64,000 bases of DNA from Eledone cirrhosa. Taxonomy: Eukaryota. Under the pieces are notes generated by a model, which worked only from the letters and a program-made list of their open reading frames with translations, was not told the DNA's origin and made no database searches. The translations under genes were made by a program, and so were the position numbers. Below are positions 11,190 to 24,900 of the stretch, one piece after another (position 1 is the stretch's first letter; each line of letters begins with the position of its first letter). Where the stretch lies: positions 15,438,001 through 15,502,000 of the forward strand of contig OZ024764.1 in NCBI GenBank assembly GCA_964016885.1. Reading direction: 5' to 3'.

Positions 11190-14050
11190 GCATGTGTAGT
11201 GTGTATATTGATATTATACACAAGTATATAGACATGTAGACATGATACATGTGTGGTGTGTATATTGATATTATACACAAGTATATAGACATGTAGATAT
11301 GATACATGTGTAGTGTGTATATTGATATTATACACAAGTATATCGACATGTAGACATGATACATGTGTGGTGTGTATATTGATATTATACACAAGTATAT
11401 AGACATGTAGACATGATACATGTGTGGTGTGTATATTGATATTATACACAAGTATATAGACATGTAGACATGATACATGTGTGGTGTGTATATTGATATT
11501 ATACACAAGTATATAGACATGTAGACATGATACATGTGTAGTGTGTATATTGATATTATACACAAGTATATAGACATGTAGACATGATACATGTGTGGTG
11601 TGTATATTGATATTATACACAAGTATATAGACATGTAGACATGATACATGTGTAGTGTGTATATTGATATTATACACAAGTATATAGACAAGTAGACATG
11701 ATACATGTGTAGTGTGTATATTGATATTATACACAAGTATATAGACATGTAGATATGATACATGTGTGGTGTGTATATTGATATTATACACAAGTATATA
11801 GACATGTAGATATGATACATGTGTAGTGTGTATATTGATATTATACACAAGTATATCGACATGTAGATATGATACATGTGTAGTGTGTATATTGATATTA
11901 TACACAAGTATATAGACATGTAGATATGATACATGTGTAGTGTGTATATTGATATTATACACAAGTATATAGACATGTAGATATGATACATGTGTAGTGT
12001 GTATATTGATATTATACACAAGTATATAGACATGTAGATATGATACATGTGTGGTGTGTATATTTATATTATACACAGGTATATAGACATGTAGATATGA
12101 TACATGTGTAGTGTGTATATTGATATTATACACAAGTATATATACATGTAGATATGATACATGTGTAGTGTGTATATTGATATTATACACAAGTATATAG
12201 ACATGTAGATATGATACATGTGTGGTGTGTATATTTATATTATACACAGGTATATAGACATGTAGATATGATACATGTGTAGTGTGTATATTGATATTAT
12301 ACACAAGTATATATACATGTAGATATGATACATGTGTAGTGTGTATATTGATATTATACACAAGTATATAGACATGTAGATATGATACATGTGTTGTGTG
12401 TATATTGATATTATACACAAGTATATAGACATGTAGATATGATACATGTGTGGTGTGTATATTTATATTATACACAGGTATATAGACATGTAGATATGAT
12501 ACATGTGTAGTGTGTATATTGATATTATACACAAGTATATATACATGTAGATATGATACATGTGTAGTGTGTATATTGATATTATACACAGGTATATAGA
12601 CATGTAGATATGATACATGTGTAGTGTGTATATTGATATTATACACAGGTATATAGACATGTAGATATGATACATGTGTAGTGTGTATATTGATATTATA
12701 CACAAGTATATAGACATGTAGATATGTTACATGTGTAGTGTGTATATTGATATTATACACAAGTATATAGACATGTAGATATGATACATGTGTGGTGTGT
12801 ATATTTATATTATACACAGGTATATATACATGTAGATATGATACATGTGTAGTGTGTATATTGATATTATACACAAGTATATATACATGTAGATATGATA
12901 CATGTGTAGTGTGTATATTGATATTATACACAAGTATATAGACATGTAGATATGATACATGTGTGGTGTGTATATTTATATTATACACAGGTATATAGAC
13001 ATGTAGATATGATACATGTGTAGTGTGTATATTGATATTATACACAAGTATATATACATGTAGATATGATACATGTGTAGTGTGTATATTGATATTATAC
13101 ACAAGTATATAGACATGTAGATATGATACATGTGTTGTGTGTATATTGATATTATACACAAGTATATAGACATGTAGATATGATACATGTGTGGTGTGTA
13201 TATTTATATTATACACAGGTATATAGACATGTAGATATGATACATGTGTAGTGTGTATATTGATATTATACACAAGTATATATACATGTAGATATGATAC
13301 ATGTGTAGTGTGTATATTGATATTATACACAGGTATATAGACATGTAGATATGATACATGTGTAGTGTGTATATTGATATTATACACAGGTATATAGACA
13401 TGTAGATATGATACATGTGTAGTGTGTATATTGATATTATACACAAGTATATAGACATGTAGATATGTTACATGTGTAGTGTGTATATTGATATTATACA
13501 CAAGTATATAGACATGTAGATATGATACATGTGTGGTGTGTATATTTATATTATACACAGGTATATATACATGTAGATATGATACATGTGTAGTGTGTAT
13601 ATTGATATTATACACAAGTATATATACATGTAGATATGATACATGTGTAGTGTGTATATTGATATTATACACAAGTATATAGACATGTAGATATGATACA
13701 TGTGTAGTGTGTATATTGATATTATACACAAGTATATAGACATGTAGATATGATACATGTGTAGTGTGTATATTGATATTATACACAAGTATATAGACAT
13801 GTAGATATGATACATGTGTAGTGTGTATATTTATATTATACACAAGTATATAGACATGTAGATATGATACATGTGTAGTGTGTATATTGATATTATACAC
13901 AAGTATATATATATACATGTAGACATGATACATGTGTAGTGTGTATATTGATATTATACACAAGTATATAGACATGTAGATATGATACATGTGTTGTGTG
14001 TATATTGATATTATACACAAATATATATACATGTAGATATGATACATCAA
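11190..14050. repeat. 57-bp intronic minisatellite (~50 copies) with a 741-bp (13-mer) higher-order duplication
   Basis: Unit catgtgtagtgtgtatattgatattatacacaagtatatagacatgtagatatgata; identical ORFs 12235/12976 and 12463/13204 offset by 741 = 13x57. Confidence 0.97.
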
Positions 14051-14149
14051 ATAACACCGTAATTGACAATATACACAGAAATTGAACAAAGACTGTGTTA
14101 CACTGTCTTATGTAATCAGTAAAGTAATCCATGATACATTAAAAAGACG

Positions 14150-14335
14150 ATGTGGATTGGCAATATTGGTAGAGGGTCGGACGCCATGCTTTCTAGCATA
14201 GTTACGTCCCTTTACGATCTGAGTTCAAATCCCGCCGAGGTTGACTTTGCCTTTCATCCTTACGGGATCGATAAAATAAAGTACCAGTAATACACTGGGG
14301 TAATTGCTGGCCTTGTACCTAAAGTAGAAACAATT
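14150..14335 (+). mobile_element. tRNA-derived SINE, second family (Meta/MESC-like central domain)
   Basis: B-box 'gagttcaaatccc', central 'gcctttcatccttacggg.tcgataaaataaagtaccagt'; other copies ~4170-4300, 32755-32920, 33500-33682, 41385-41540, 41880-42070, 62580-63020. Confidence 0.85.
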
Positions 14336-14671
14336 ATATATAAACTGCATTAGGAGAAAATTAGTGACGGAAATATATGAATGTTTATTTAAGCGATTGT
14401 TGACATTTGAAAATTTTAAAGAAGTGAATCTTTAAATAAGCAACAAAATATGTTTAATCAACAGCTAGCTGTTGTTATTTTTTGTTAATTGTTTTGTTTA
14501 TTTTTTTTACTTAAATATATGTAACCCCCCTCCTGTCCCCTGTCTTTATACTGTCCCCACTGTCCCCTATGTTACCCACTGTCCCCTGTGTTCCCCACTG
14601 TCCCCTATCTTTATAATGTCCTCTATGTCCAGCCCTTGTGGTCAATAATAAAGAAATTATTATTATTTCAG

Positions 14672-14850
14672 ATCGTAAATGGATCAAAGCCTATGCCATA
14701 TCTATAGGGGCTAACTCGTCAGTCTATAATTCCTTTGTCAATGAAGGAGATCCTTCAACATGGAATGTGGAAAAATGCAGTGGAAAATTCTGTCCTAACT
14801 TCTTCCGACACCCTATCCTTGATGCCTGGAAACAACATGAAATTGAGCAA
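14672..14850 (+). CDS. Secreted protein, coding exon 2
   Basis: Acceptor ttttcag-like 'tatttcag' ending 14671; phase-1 join gives Y-RKWIKAYAISIGANSSVYNSF...CSGKFCPNFFRHPILDAWKQHEIEQ; donor GTATGG at 14851 (phase 0). Confidence 0.9.
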
Positions 14851-14868
14851 GTATGGATATTCACATGT

Positions 14869-15093
14869 TTAACCCTTTAGCATTTAAACCGGCCATATCC
14901 AGCCCCGATTCTTTCACCTTTTCTGTTCAATCTGGCCCCAACCGGCCCCTCATACTGACTTTAAGGTATTGTTCTCAAAATAAATAATATCAAAATCTCA
15001 TAGATTTGATATCATGTGAGGTATGTAAGAGAAGGCCTTTTACTGCAAAAATACAATAGTTTATAAAGAGTATTGTAAATGCTAAAGGGTTAA
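14869..15093. mobile_element. piggyBac-like MITE (TTAA target site, CCCTTTAGCATTTA TIRs)
   Basis: ttaa-ccctttagcattta ... taaatgctaaaggg-ttaa; same family at 42541-42977 and 50110-51315. Confidence 0.85.
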
Positions 15094-15197
15094 GGATGGT
15101 TAGAGTTGTTTAATTTAATACCTGTAGGTATAACTTTTCAATTCCAATTACTTGCGCAAAACTAACTTTGATATGTAAAATTGGAGGGTTTGCTGTT

Positions 15198-15536
15198 TCA
15201 TCATCATCATCATTTTACGTCCGCTTTTTCCCTGCTTGCAAGGGTGGGACGGGAACTGATTCTGGCTTGATTTCTACAGCTGGATGCCCTTCCTAACACC
15301 AACCTCATTTACAGTGAGTGCTGGCTGCTTTTTTTCCGTGGCACCTCCACGACCACTTTACAGTGGAATGATAGGGACCCCAGTCCCTATCATCTCATTT
15401 CTACAGCTGAGTAAACTGGAGCAATGTGAAATAAAGTGTCTTGCTCAAGGAGACAACACATCACCCGGTCTGAGAATTGAACTCACAACCTTTCGATTGC
15501 AAGGCCAATGCTCTAACCACTAAGCCATGTGCCTCC
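15198..15536 (-). mobile_element. Full-length tRNA-derived SINE, near-identical to 7703-8036
   Basis: Reverse complement of the 7703-8036 copy, including the atgatagggac...cctatcat palindrome. Confidence 0.88.
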
Positions 15537-15649
15537 GTTTATTCTAAAATATTGTGTATGAGGAGGCCCCTAAACCTGAAATGCCCCAGGCCCCCCAAGG
15601 TCTAAATCATACCCTGCATACATACAGGTATATAATCTTATTTTGTCAG

Positions 15650-15804
15650 GTGAAACTGGTACTTTACAATAACAAAACAGTTGTGTTGGATCTAAAGTTT
15701 GATGGACAAAATACAACAATTGAAAACTGGTTCTCTCGTGAAAATCTATGTTCTCCTTGGGTGGACATATACCAGGCTGTATCCTTCTCCCTTTCTGGAT
15801 TTAA
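15650..15804 (+). CDS. Secreted protein, coding exon 3
   Basis: Acceptor ttttgtcag ending 15649; VKLVLYNNKTVVLDLKFDGQNTTIENWFSRENLCSPWVDIYQAVSFSLSGF; donor AA|GTATGT (phase 2). Confidence 0.9.
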
Positions 15805-15814
15805 GTATGTTCTT

Positions 15815-16810
15815 CTCTTTCTCCTTCTTCACCCACTTATTCCTGTGAAGGGTCATGGGGAGCAGAGTCCTCAAACACTCCTTCCAGTGGGTCCTGTCAG
15901 AAACAACTGTCCCCAACTGATCTGGCTGAATCCCCAAGCTCATGGATGTTATCCAACCATCTTGCTCAGTGTTTACCCCTGTGTCTCCTGCCAGTTGGTT
16001 TTGCCATTAAAATCTGTCCAGAGATTCTCTCCTCAGACATTCTAACCACATGTCTGTAGTATCAGAGCTGTGATCTCTCAATCCAGAGATTCTTTCCTCA
16101 GACATTCTAACCACATGTCTGTAGTATCAGAGCTGTGATCTCTCAATCCAGAGATTCTTTCCTCAGACATTCTAACCACATGTCTGTAGTATCAGAGCTG
16201 TGATCTCTCAATCCAGAGATTCTTTCCTCAGACATTCTAACCACATGTCTGTAGTATCAGAGCTGTGATCTCTCAATTCAGAGATTCTCTACTGAGACAT
16301 TCTAACCACATGTCTGTAGTATCAGAGCTGTGATCTCTCAATTCAGAGATTCTTTCCTGAGACATTCTAACCACATGTCTGTAGTGTCAGAGCTGTGATC
16401 TCTCAATTCAGAGATTCTTTCCTGAGACATTCTAACCACATGTCTGTAGTATCAGAGCTGTGATCTCTCAATTCAGAGATTCTTTCCTCAGACATTCTAA
16501 CCACATGTCTGTAGTATCAGAGCTGTGATCTCTCAATCCAGAGATTCTTTCCTCAGACATTCTAACCACATGTCTGTAGTATCAGAGCTGTGATCTCTCA
16601 ATTCAGAGATTCTTTCCTCAGACATTCTAACCACATGTCTGTAGTATCAGAGCTGTGATCTCTCAATTCAGAGATTCTTTCCTCAGACATTCTAACCACA
16701 TGTCTGTAGTATCAGAGCTGTGATCTCTCAATCCAGAGATTCTTTCCTCAGACATTCTAACCACATGTCTGTAGTATCAGAGCTGGGATCTCTAAAAGCT
16801 AACCTTCTTG
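15815..16810 (-). mobile_element. RTE LINE 3' fragment with an internal 65-bp segment amplified ~12x (16021-16790)
   Basis: Minus ORF LGIQPDQLGTVVSDRTHWKECL resembles an RTE C-terminus; the repeat unit (minus strand) encodes an IERSQL.YYRHVVRMSEER-like segment, matching the RTE 'RSQLRWFGHV.RM' motif. Confidence 0.75.
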
Positions 16811-17159
16811 GTTCAATCTTTAGTAAGTATTATCACTTTAGCAAGAATGCCACTTTAGGAATATGGAGATGTTGAAGAAGTGTTCCAATGGTTCAAAAAA
16901 TATATCAGAAAATGTAGTTTAGTTTTTATACAAAGATAATTTATTTTTAATTTGTTTGAACGTGTATAAAGAGTACGCAGCAAAGTTTTCTCTGTGAAGA
17001 TGTCAGTAAAATAAATGTTTTTAGGTAGGCTAAAAATGTAGCGAGACACTAATTTATCATTAACAGTAGGAATACAAGTTACGAGCTGTTGCACTGTCAA
17101 TATCCAGGCTGCAACTGTAAGCTAGTTTAGAAAGAAGGTGTTCTACTGCTGAGTGGAAG

Positions 17160-17435
17160 TCATCATCATCATCATCATCACCGTTTTACGTCCGTTCTTC
17201 CATGCTAGCATGGGTTAGACGGGTTGTCCTGTTGTGGGCAGTGTCTGGTCGGCTGACCATGCCTTGCTCATACAGGAACTGATTTGGCTTGGTTTCTACA
17301 GCTGGATGCCCTTCCTAACACCAACCTCATTTACAGTGAGTGCTGGGTGCTTTTTCGTGGCGCCTACACGTCCACTTTACAGTGTGGGCTGGGTGCTTTT
17401 TTGCCGTGGCACCTCCACGACCACCTTGCGGTGGG
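17160..17435 (-). mobile_element. SINE 3' portion carrying two tandem copies of the ~48-bp module
   Basis: RTE-type tail, 'ggatgcccttcctaacaccaacc', then two units of tttacagtg.g.gctgggtgcttttt..gtggc.cct.cacg.ccac. Confidence 0.8.
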
Positions 17436-17717
17436 GGGTGTGGGGGCATATTGTCTATATGCTTAGTGGTTATTTGTATTCATACATCACCAACCTTACA
17501 GCGCTGGTGACTGACCAAGCACAACTAAATTATGCAACAGCGATAAAATAATACTATCATGTCTTGTTACATGCACATCTATACACATTTCCTAAACCTT
17601 GGATTTTTCACAAAATTGAAAGCTCATAGTCCAGGTTCTTTCCATAAACATTTTCTAAACTTTAGAATATGTTTTCTCCAAAACTGAAAGCTAACCACCT
17701 CCGCTTTCCTTTTACAG

Positions 17718-17881
17718 AAACCGTCGTTTTTATATGGCGAAACCAAAAGGCTGCCTCACAGATAAGGGTTGGTTACTCATTTGTGAAGGTGTTGAAATTG
17801 ACTGTGATTGGACAATTTCACCACATTATCCTCTCATCTTCTACTCCAATACTGATTCAAACGTCCTATGGTCCAGTGGTG
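17718..17881 (+). CDS. Secreted protein, coding exon 4
   Basis: Acceptor ttttacag ending 17717; phase-2 join gives K-NRRFYMAKPKGCLTDKGWLLICEGVEIDCDWTISPHYPLIFYSNTDSNVLWSSG; donor G|GTAAGT (phase 1). Confidence 0.9.
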
Positions 17882-18009
17882 GTAAGTATTTTGTCCTCTT
17901 TCTTTCGGTCAAAATTCTCACTCACATCAAAAGAAAGGAAAATGACATTTCAATCATCAGTAATAGAATAAAAACCAATGTATATTTGTCTGTCACACAC
18001 TAGAGATGA

Positions 18010-18562
18010 CTGAGGAAGGAAGGGGTGATTACGTAGACAGAGGAAGGAAGGGGTGATAATGTCGACTGAAGAAGGAAGGGGTGATAATGTCGACTGAAGA
18101 AGGAAGGGGTGATAATGTCGACTGAAGAAGGAAGGGGTGATAATGTCGACTGAAGAAGGAAGGGGTGATAATGTCGACTGAAGAAGGAAGGGGTGATAAT
18201 GTCGATTGAGGAAGGAAGGGGTGATAATGTCGATTGAGGAAGGAAGAGGTGATAATGTCGACTGAGGAAGGAAGGGGTGATAATGTCGACTGAGGAAGGA
18301 AGAGGTGATAATGTCGACTGAGGAAGGAAGGGGTGATAATGTCGACTGAAGAAGGAAGGGGTGATAATGTCGACTGAGGAAGGAAGGGGTGATAATGTCG
18401 ATTGAGGAAGGAAGGGGTGATAATGTCAACTGAGGAAGGAAGAGGTGATAATGTCGACTGAGGAAGGAAGGGGTGATAATGTCGACTGAAGAAGGAAGGG
18501 GTGATAATGTCGACTGAGGAAGGAAGGGGTGATAATGTCGACTGAAGAAGGAAGGGGTGATT
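18010..18562. repeat. 28-bp purine-rich minisatellite (~19 copies)
   Basis: Unit gaaggaaggggtgataatgtcgactga(a/g). Confidence 0.95.
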
Positions 18563-18574
18563 ACTGGAGGTAAT

Positions 18575-18872
18575 TACTGGAGGTAAGAGGGATAAGTTGT
18601 AGTGCGCGGGAGAGAAGACTGCGTTGGTATGGACATGTGATGCACATGCAGGATGACCGCTGGGTAAAGAAGTGCCAAGAAATGCCAGTAGAAGGAAGAC
18701 ACAGTAGAGGAAGACCATGAAAAACATGGGCGGAGGTCGTGAGAGCTGACCTCAGATCACTGAAGCTCACGGAGGAGATGACGAAGGACCGTGACGAGTG
18801 GAGAGATGCTGCGCTGAATAAGACCCGTCCCACCCTTGCAAACAGGGAAAAGCAGACGTAAAATGATGATAT
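18575..18872 (+). mobile_element. RTE LINE 3' end
   Basis: ERRLRWYGHVMHMQDDRWVKKC...GRHSRGRP*KTW...DRDEWR, then tail cccacccttgcaa.cagggaaaagcagacgtaaaatgatgat. Confidence 0.88.
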
Positions 18873-18996
18873 ACATATATATATTAAGACAAACAGGATG
18901 GTCACAGTTGAAACGTCTTTAGTCATGGGACCTGGTCAATCGCAGATGGAGTATAATCAAACATTACTACAACTACAACCACCACCACTATAACAG

Positions 18997-21900
18997 ATGG
19001 TAGTGTTGGTGTCATGGTATAATACACCCAGTACACTCTGTAAAGTGGTAGTGTTGGTGTCATGATAAAATACACCCAGTACACTCTGTAAAGTGGTAGT
19101 GTTGGTGTCATGGTATAATACACCCAGTACACTCTGTAAAGTGGTTGGTGTTGGTGTCATGATAAAATACACCCAGTACACTCTGTAAAGTGGTAGTGTT
19201 GGTGTCATGGTATAATACACCCAGTACACTCTGTAAAGTGGTAGTGTTGGTGTCATGATATAATACACCCAGTACACTCTGTAAAGTGGTAGTGTTGGTG
19301 TCATGATATAATACACCCAGTACACTCTGTAAAGTGGTAGTGTTGGTGTCATGATATAATACACCCAGTACACTCTGTAAAGTGGTAGTGTTGGTGTCAT
19401 GATAAAATACACCCAGTACACTCTGTAAAGTGGTAGTGTTGGTGTCATGATATAATACACCCAGTACACTCTGTAAAGTGGTAGTGTTGGTGTCATGATA
19501 AAATACACCCAGTACACTCTGTAAAGTGGTAGTGTTGGTGTCATGATAAAATACACCCAGTACACTCTGTAAAGTGGTAGTGTTGGTGTCATGATATAAT
19601 ACACCCAGTACACTCTGTAAAGTGGTAGTGTTGGTGTCATGGTATAATACACCCAGTACACTCTGTATAGTGGTAGTGTTGGTGTCATGGTATAATACAC
19701 CCAGTACACTCTGTAAAGTGGTAGTGTTGGTGTCATGATAAAATACACCCAGTACACTCTGTAAAGTGGTAGTGTTGGTGTCATGGTATAATACACCCAG
19801 TACACTCTGTATAGTGGTAGTGTTGGTGTCATGGTATAATACACCCAGTACACTCTGTAAAGTGGTAGTGTTGGTGTCATGATAAAATACACCCAGTACA
19901 CTCTGTAAAGTGGTAGTGTTGGTGTCATGATATAATACACCCAGTACACTCTGTAAAGTGGTAGTGTTGGTGTCATGATAAAATACACCCAGTACACTCT
20001 GTAAAGTGGTAGTGTTGGTGTCATGGTATAATACACCCAGTACACTCTGTATAGTGGTAGTGTTGGTGTCATGATATAATACACCCAGTACACTCTGTAA
20101 AGTGGTAGTGTTGGTGTCATGATAAAATACACCCAGTACACTCTGTAAAGTGGTAGTGTTGGTGTCATGATATAATACACCCAGTACACTCTGTAAAGTG
20201 GTAGTGTTGGTGTCATGATAAAATACACCCAGTACACTCTGTAAAGTGGTAGTGTTGGTGTCATGATAAAATACACCCAGTACACTCTGTAAAGTGGTAG
20301 TGTTGGTGTCATGATATAATACACCCAGTACACTCTGTAAAGTGGTAGTGTTGGTGTCATGGTATAATACACCCAGTACACTCTGTATAGTGGTAGTGTT
20401 GGTGTCATGGTATAATACACCCAGTACACTCTGTAAAGTGGTAGTGTTGGTGTCATGATAAAATACACCCAGTACACTCTGTAAAGTGGTAGTGTTGGTG
20501 TCATGGTATAATACACCCAGTACACTCTGTATAGTGGTAGTGTTGGTGTCATGGTATAATACACCCAGTACACTCTGTAAAGTGGTAGTGTTGGTGTCAT
20601 GGTATAATACACCCAGTACACTCTGTAAAGTGGTAGTGTTGGTGTCATGGTATAATACACCCAGTACACTCTGTAAAGTGGTAGTGTTGGTGTCATGATA
20701 AAATACACCCAGTACACTCTGTAAAGTGGTAGTGTTGGTGTCATGGTATAATACACCCAGTACACTCTGTAAAGTGGTAGTGTTGGTGTCATGATATAAT
20801 ACACCCAGTACACTCTGTAAAGTGGTAGTGTTGGTGTCATGGTATAATACACCCAGTACACTCTGTAAAGTGGTAGTGTTGGTGTCATGATATAATACAC
20901 CCAGTACACTCTGTAAAGTGGTAGTGTTGGTGTCATGATATAATACACCCAGTACACTCTGTAAAGTGGTAGTGTTGGTGTCATGATATAATACACCCAG
21001 TACACTCTGTAAAGTGGTAGTGCTGGTGTCATGATATAATACACCTAGTACACTCTGTAAAGTGGTAGTGTTGGTGTCATGATAAAATACACCCAGTAGA
21101 CTCTGTAAAGTGGTAGTGTTGGTGTCATGGTATAATACACCCAGTACACTCTGTAAAGTGGTAGTGTTGGTGTCATGGTATAATACACCCAGTACACTCT
21201 GTAAAGTAGTAGTGTTGGTGTCATGATAAAATACACCCAGTAGACTCTGTAAAGTGGTAGTGTTGGTGTCATGGTATAATACACCCAGTACACTCTGTAA
21301 AGTAGTAGTGTTGGTGTCATGATAAAATACACCCAGTAGACTCTGTAAAGTAGTAGTGTTGGTGTCATGATATAATACACCCAGTACACTCTGTAAAGTG
21401 GTAGTGTTGGTGTCATGATATAATACACCCAGTACACTCTGTAAAGTGGTAGTGTTGGTGTCATGATATAATACACCCAGTACACTCTGTAAAGTGGTAG
21501 TGTTGGTGTCATGATATAATACACCCAGTACACTCTGTAAAGTGGTAGTGTTGGTGTCATGGTATAATACACCCAGTACACTCTGTAAAGTGGTAGTGTT
21601 GGTGTCATGATATAATACACCCAGTAGACTCTGTAAAGTGGTAGTGTTGGTGTCATGGTATAATACACCCAGTACACTCTGTAAAGTGGTAGTGTTGGTG
21701 TCATGATATAATACACCCAGTACACTCTGTAAAGTGGTAGTGTTGGTGTCATGATATAATACACCCAGTACACTCTGTAAAGTGGTAGTGTTGGTGTCAT
21801 GATATAATACACCCAGTACACTCTGTAAAGTGGTAGTGTTGGTGTCATGATATAATACACCCAGTACACTCTGTAAAGTGGTAGTGTTGGTGTCATGATA

Positions 21901-24900
21901 TAATACACCCAGTAGACTCTGTAAAGTGGTAGTGTTGGTGTCATGGTATAATACACCCAGTACACTCTGTAAAGTGGTAGTGTTGGTGTCATGATATAAT
22001 ACACCCAGTACACTCTGTAAAGTGGTAGTGTTGGTGTCATGATATAATACACCCAGTACACTCTGTAAAGTGGTAGTGTTGGTGTCATGATAAAATACAC
22101 CCAGTACACTCTGTAAAGTGGTAGTGTTGGTGTCATGATAAAATACACCCAGTACACTCTGTAAAGTGGTAGTGTTGGTGCCATGATAAAATACACCCAG
22201 TACACTCTGTAAAGTGGTAGTGTTGGTGCCATGATAAAATACACCCAGTACACTCTGTAAAGTGGAAGTGTTGGTGTCATGATATAATACACCCAGTACA
22301 CTCTGTAAAGTGGTAGTGTTGGTGTCATGATATAATACACCCAGTAGACTCTGTAAAGTGGTAGTGTTGGTGTCATGATAAAATACACCCAGTACACTCT
22401 GTAAAGTGGTAGTGTTGGTGTCATGGTATAATACACCCAGTACACTCTGTAAAGTGGTAGTGTTGGTGTCATGATAAAATACACCCAGTACACTCTGTAA
22501 AGTGGTAGTGTTGGTGTCATGATATAATACACCCAGTACACTCTGTAAAGTGGTAGTGTTGGTGTCATGATATAATACACCCAGTAGACTCTGTAAAGTG
22601 GTAGTGTTGGTGTCATGATATAATACACCCAGTAGACTCTGTAAAGTGGTAGTGTTGGTGTCATGATAAAATACACCCAGTACACTCTGTAAAGTGGTAG
22701 TGTTGGTGTCATGATATAATACACCCAGTACACTCTGTAAAGTGGTAGTGTTGGTGTCATGATATAATACACCCAGTAGACTCTGTAAAGTGGTAGTGTT
22801 GGTGCCATGATGTAATACACCCAGTACACTCTGTAAAGTGGTAGTGCTGGTGTCATGATAAAATACACCCAGTACACTCTGTAAAGTGGTAGTGTTGGTG
22901 TCATGATATAATACACCCAGTAGACTCTGTAAAGTGGTAGTGTTGGTGTCATGATATAATACACCCAGTAGACTCTGTAAAGTGGTAGTGTTGGTGTCAT
23001 GATATAATACACCCAGTACACTCTGTAAAGTGGTAGTGTTGGTGTCATGATATAATACACCCAGTACACTCTGTAAAGTGGTAGTGTTGGTGTCATGGTA
23101 TAATACACCCAGTAGACTCTGTAAAGTGGTAGTGTTGGTGTCATGATATAATACACCCAGTAGACTCTGTAAAGTGGTAGTGTTGGTGTCATGGTATAAT
23201 ACACCCAGTAGACTCTGTAAAGGGGTAGTGTTGGTGTCATGATATAATACACCCAGTACACTCTGTAAAGTGGTAGTGTTGGTGTCATGATATAATACAC
23301 CCAGTACACTCTGTAAAGTGGTAGTGTTGGTGTCATGGTATAATACACCCAGTAGACTCTGTAAAGTGGTAGTGTTGGTGTCATGATATAATACACCCAG
23401 TAGACTCTGTAAAGTGGTAGTGTTGGTGTCATGGTATAATACACCCAGTAGACTCTGTAAAGGGGTAGTGTTGGTGTCATGATATAATACACCCAGTACA
23501 CTCTGTAAAGTGGTAGTGTTGGTGTCATGATATAATACACCCAGTACACTCTGTAAAGTGGTAGTGTTGGTGTCATGGTATAATACACCCAGTAGACTCT
23601 GTAAAGTGGTAGTGTTGGTGTCATGATATAATACACCCAGTAGACTCTGTAAAGTGGTAGTGTTGGTGTCATGGTATAATACACCCAGTAGACTCTGTAA
23701 AGGGGTAGTGTTGGTGTCATGATATAATACACCCAGTACACTCTGTAAAGTGGTAGTGTTGGTGTCATGATATAATACACCCAGTACACTCTGTAAAGTG
23801 GTAGTGTTGGTGTCATGATATAATACACCCAGTACACTCTGTAAAGTGGTAGTGTTGGTGTCATGATATAATACACCCAGTACACTCTGTAAAGTGGTAG
23901 TGTTGGTGTCATGGTATAATACACCCAGTAGACTCTGTAAAGTGGTAGTGTTGGTGTCATGATATAATACACCCAGTACACTCTGTAAAGTGGTAGTGTT
24001 GGTGTCATGGTATAATACACCCAGTAGACTCTGTAAAGGGGTAGTGTTGGTGTCATGATATAATACACCCAGTACACTCTGTAAAGTGGTAGTGTTGGTG
24101 TCATGATATAATACACCCAGTACACTCTGTAAAGTGGTAGTGTTGGTGTCATGGTATAATACACCCAGTACACTCTGTATAGTGGTAGTGTTGGTGTCAT
24201 GGTATAATACACCCAGTACACTCTGTAAAGTGGTAGTGTTGGTGTCATGATAAAATACACCCAGTACACTCTGTAAAGTGGTAGTGTTGGTGTCATGGTA
24301 TAATACACCCAGTACACTCTGTATAGTGGTAGTGTTGGTGTCATGGTATAATACACCCAGTACACTCTGTAAAGTGGTAGTGTTGGTGTCATGGTATAAT
24401 ACACCCAGTACACTCTGTAAAGTGGTAGTGTTGGTGTCATGGTATAATACACCCAGTACACTCTGTAAAGTGGTAGTGTTGGTGTCATGATAAAATACAC
24501 CCAGTACACTCTGTAAAGTGGTAGTGTTGGTGTCATGGTATAATACACCCAGTACACTCTGTAAAGTGGTAGTGTTGGTGTCATGATATAATACACCCAG
24601 TACACTCTGTAAAGTGGTAGTGTTGGTGTCATGGTATAATACACCCAGTACACTCTGTAAAGTGGTAGTGTTGGTGTCATGATATAATACACCCAGTACA
24701 CTCTGTAAAGTGGTAGTGTTGGTGTCATGATATAATACACCCAGTACACTCTGTAAAGTGGTAGTGTTGGTGTCATGATATAATACACCCAGTACACTCT
24801 GTAAAGTGGTAGTGCTGGTGTCATGATATAATACACCTAGTACACTCTGTAAAGTGGTAGTGTTGGTGTCATGATAAAATACACCCAGTAGACTCTGTAA

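Noticed and set aside
11113-14089. 978-aa and 311-aa repetitive ORFs
   Set aside because: Translations of the 57-bp satellite (period divisible by 3), antisense in an intron.
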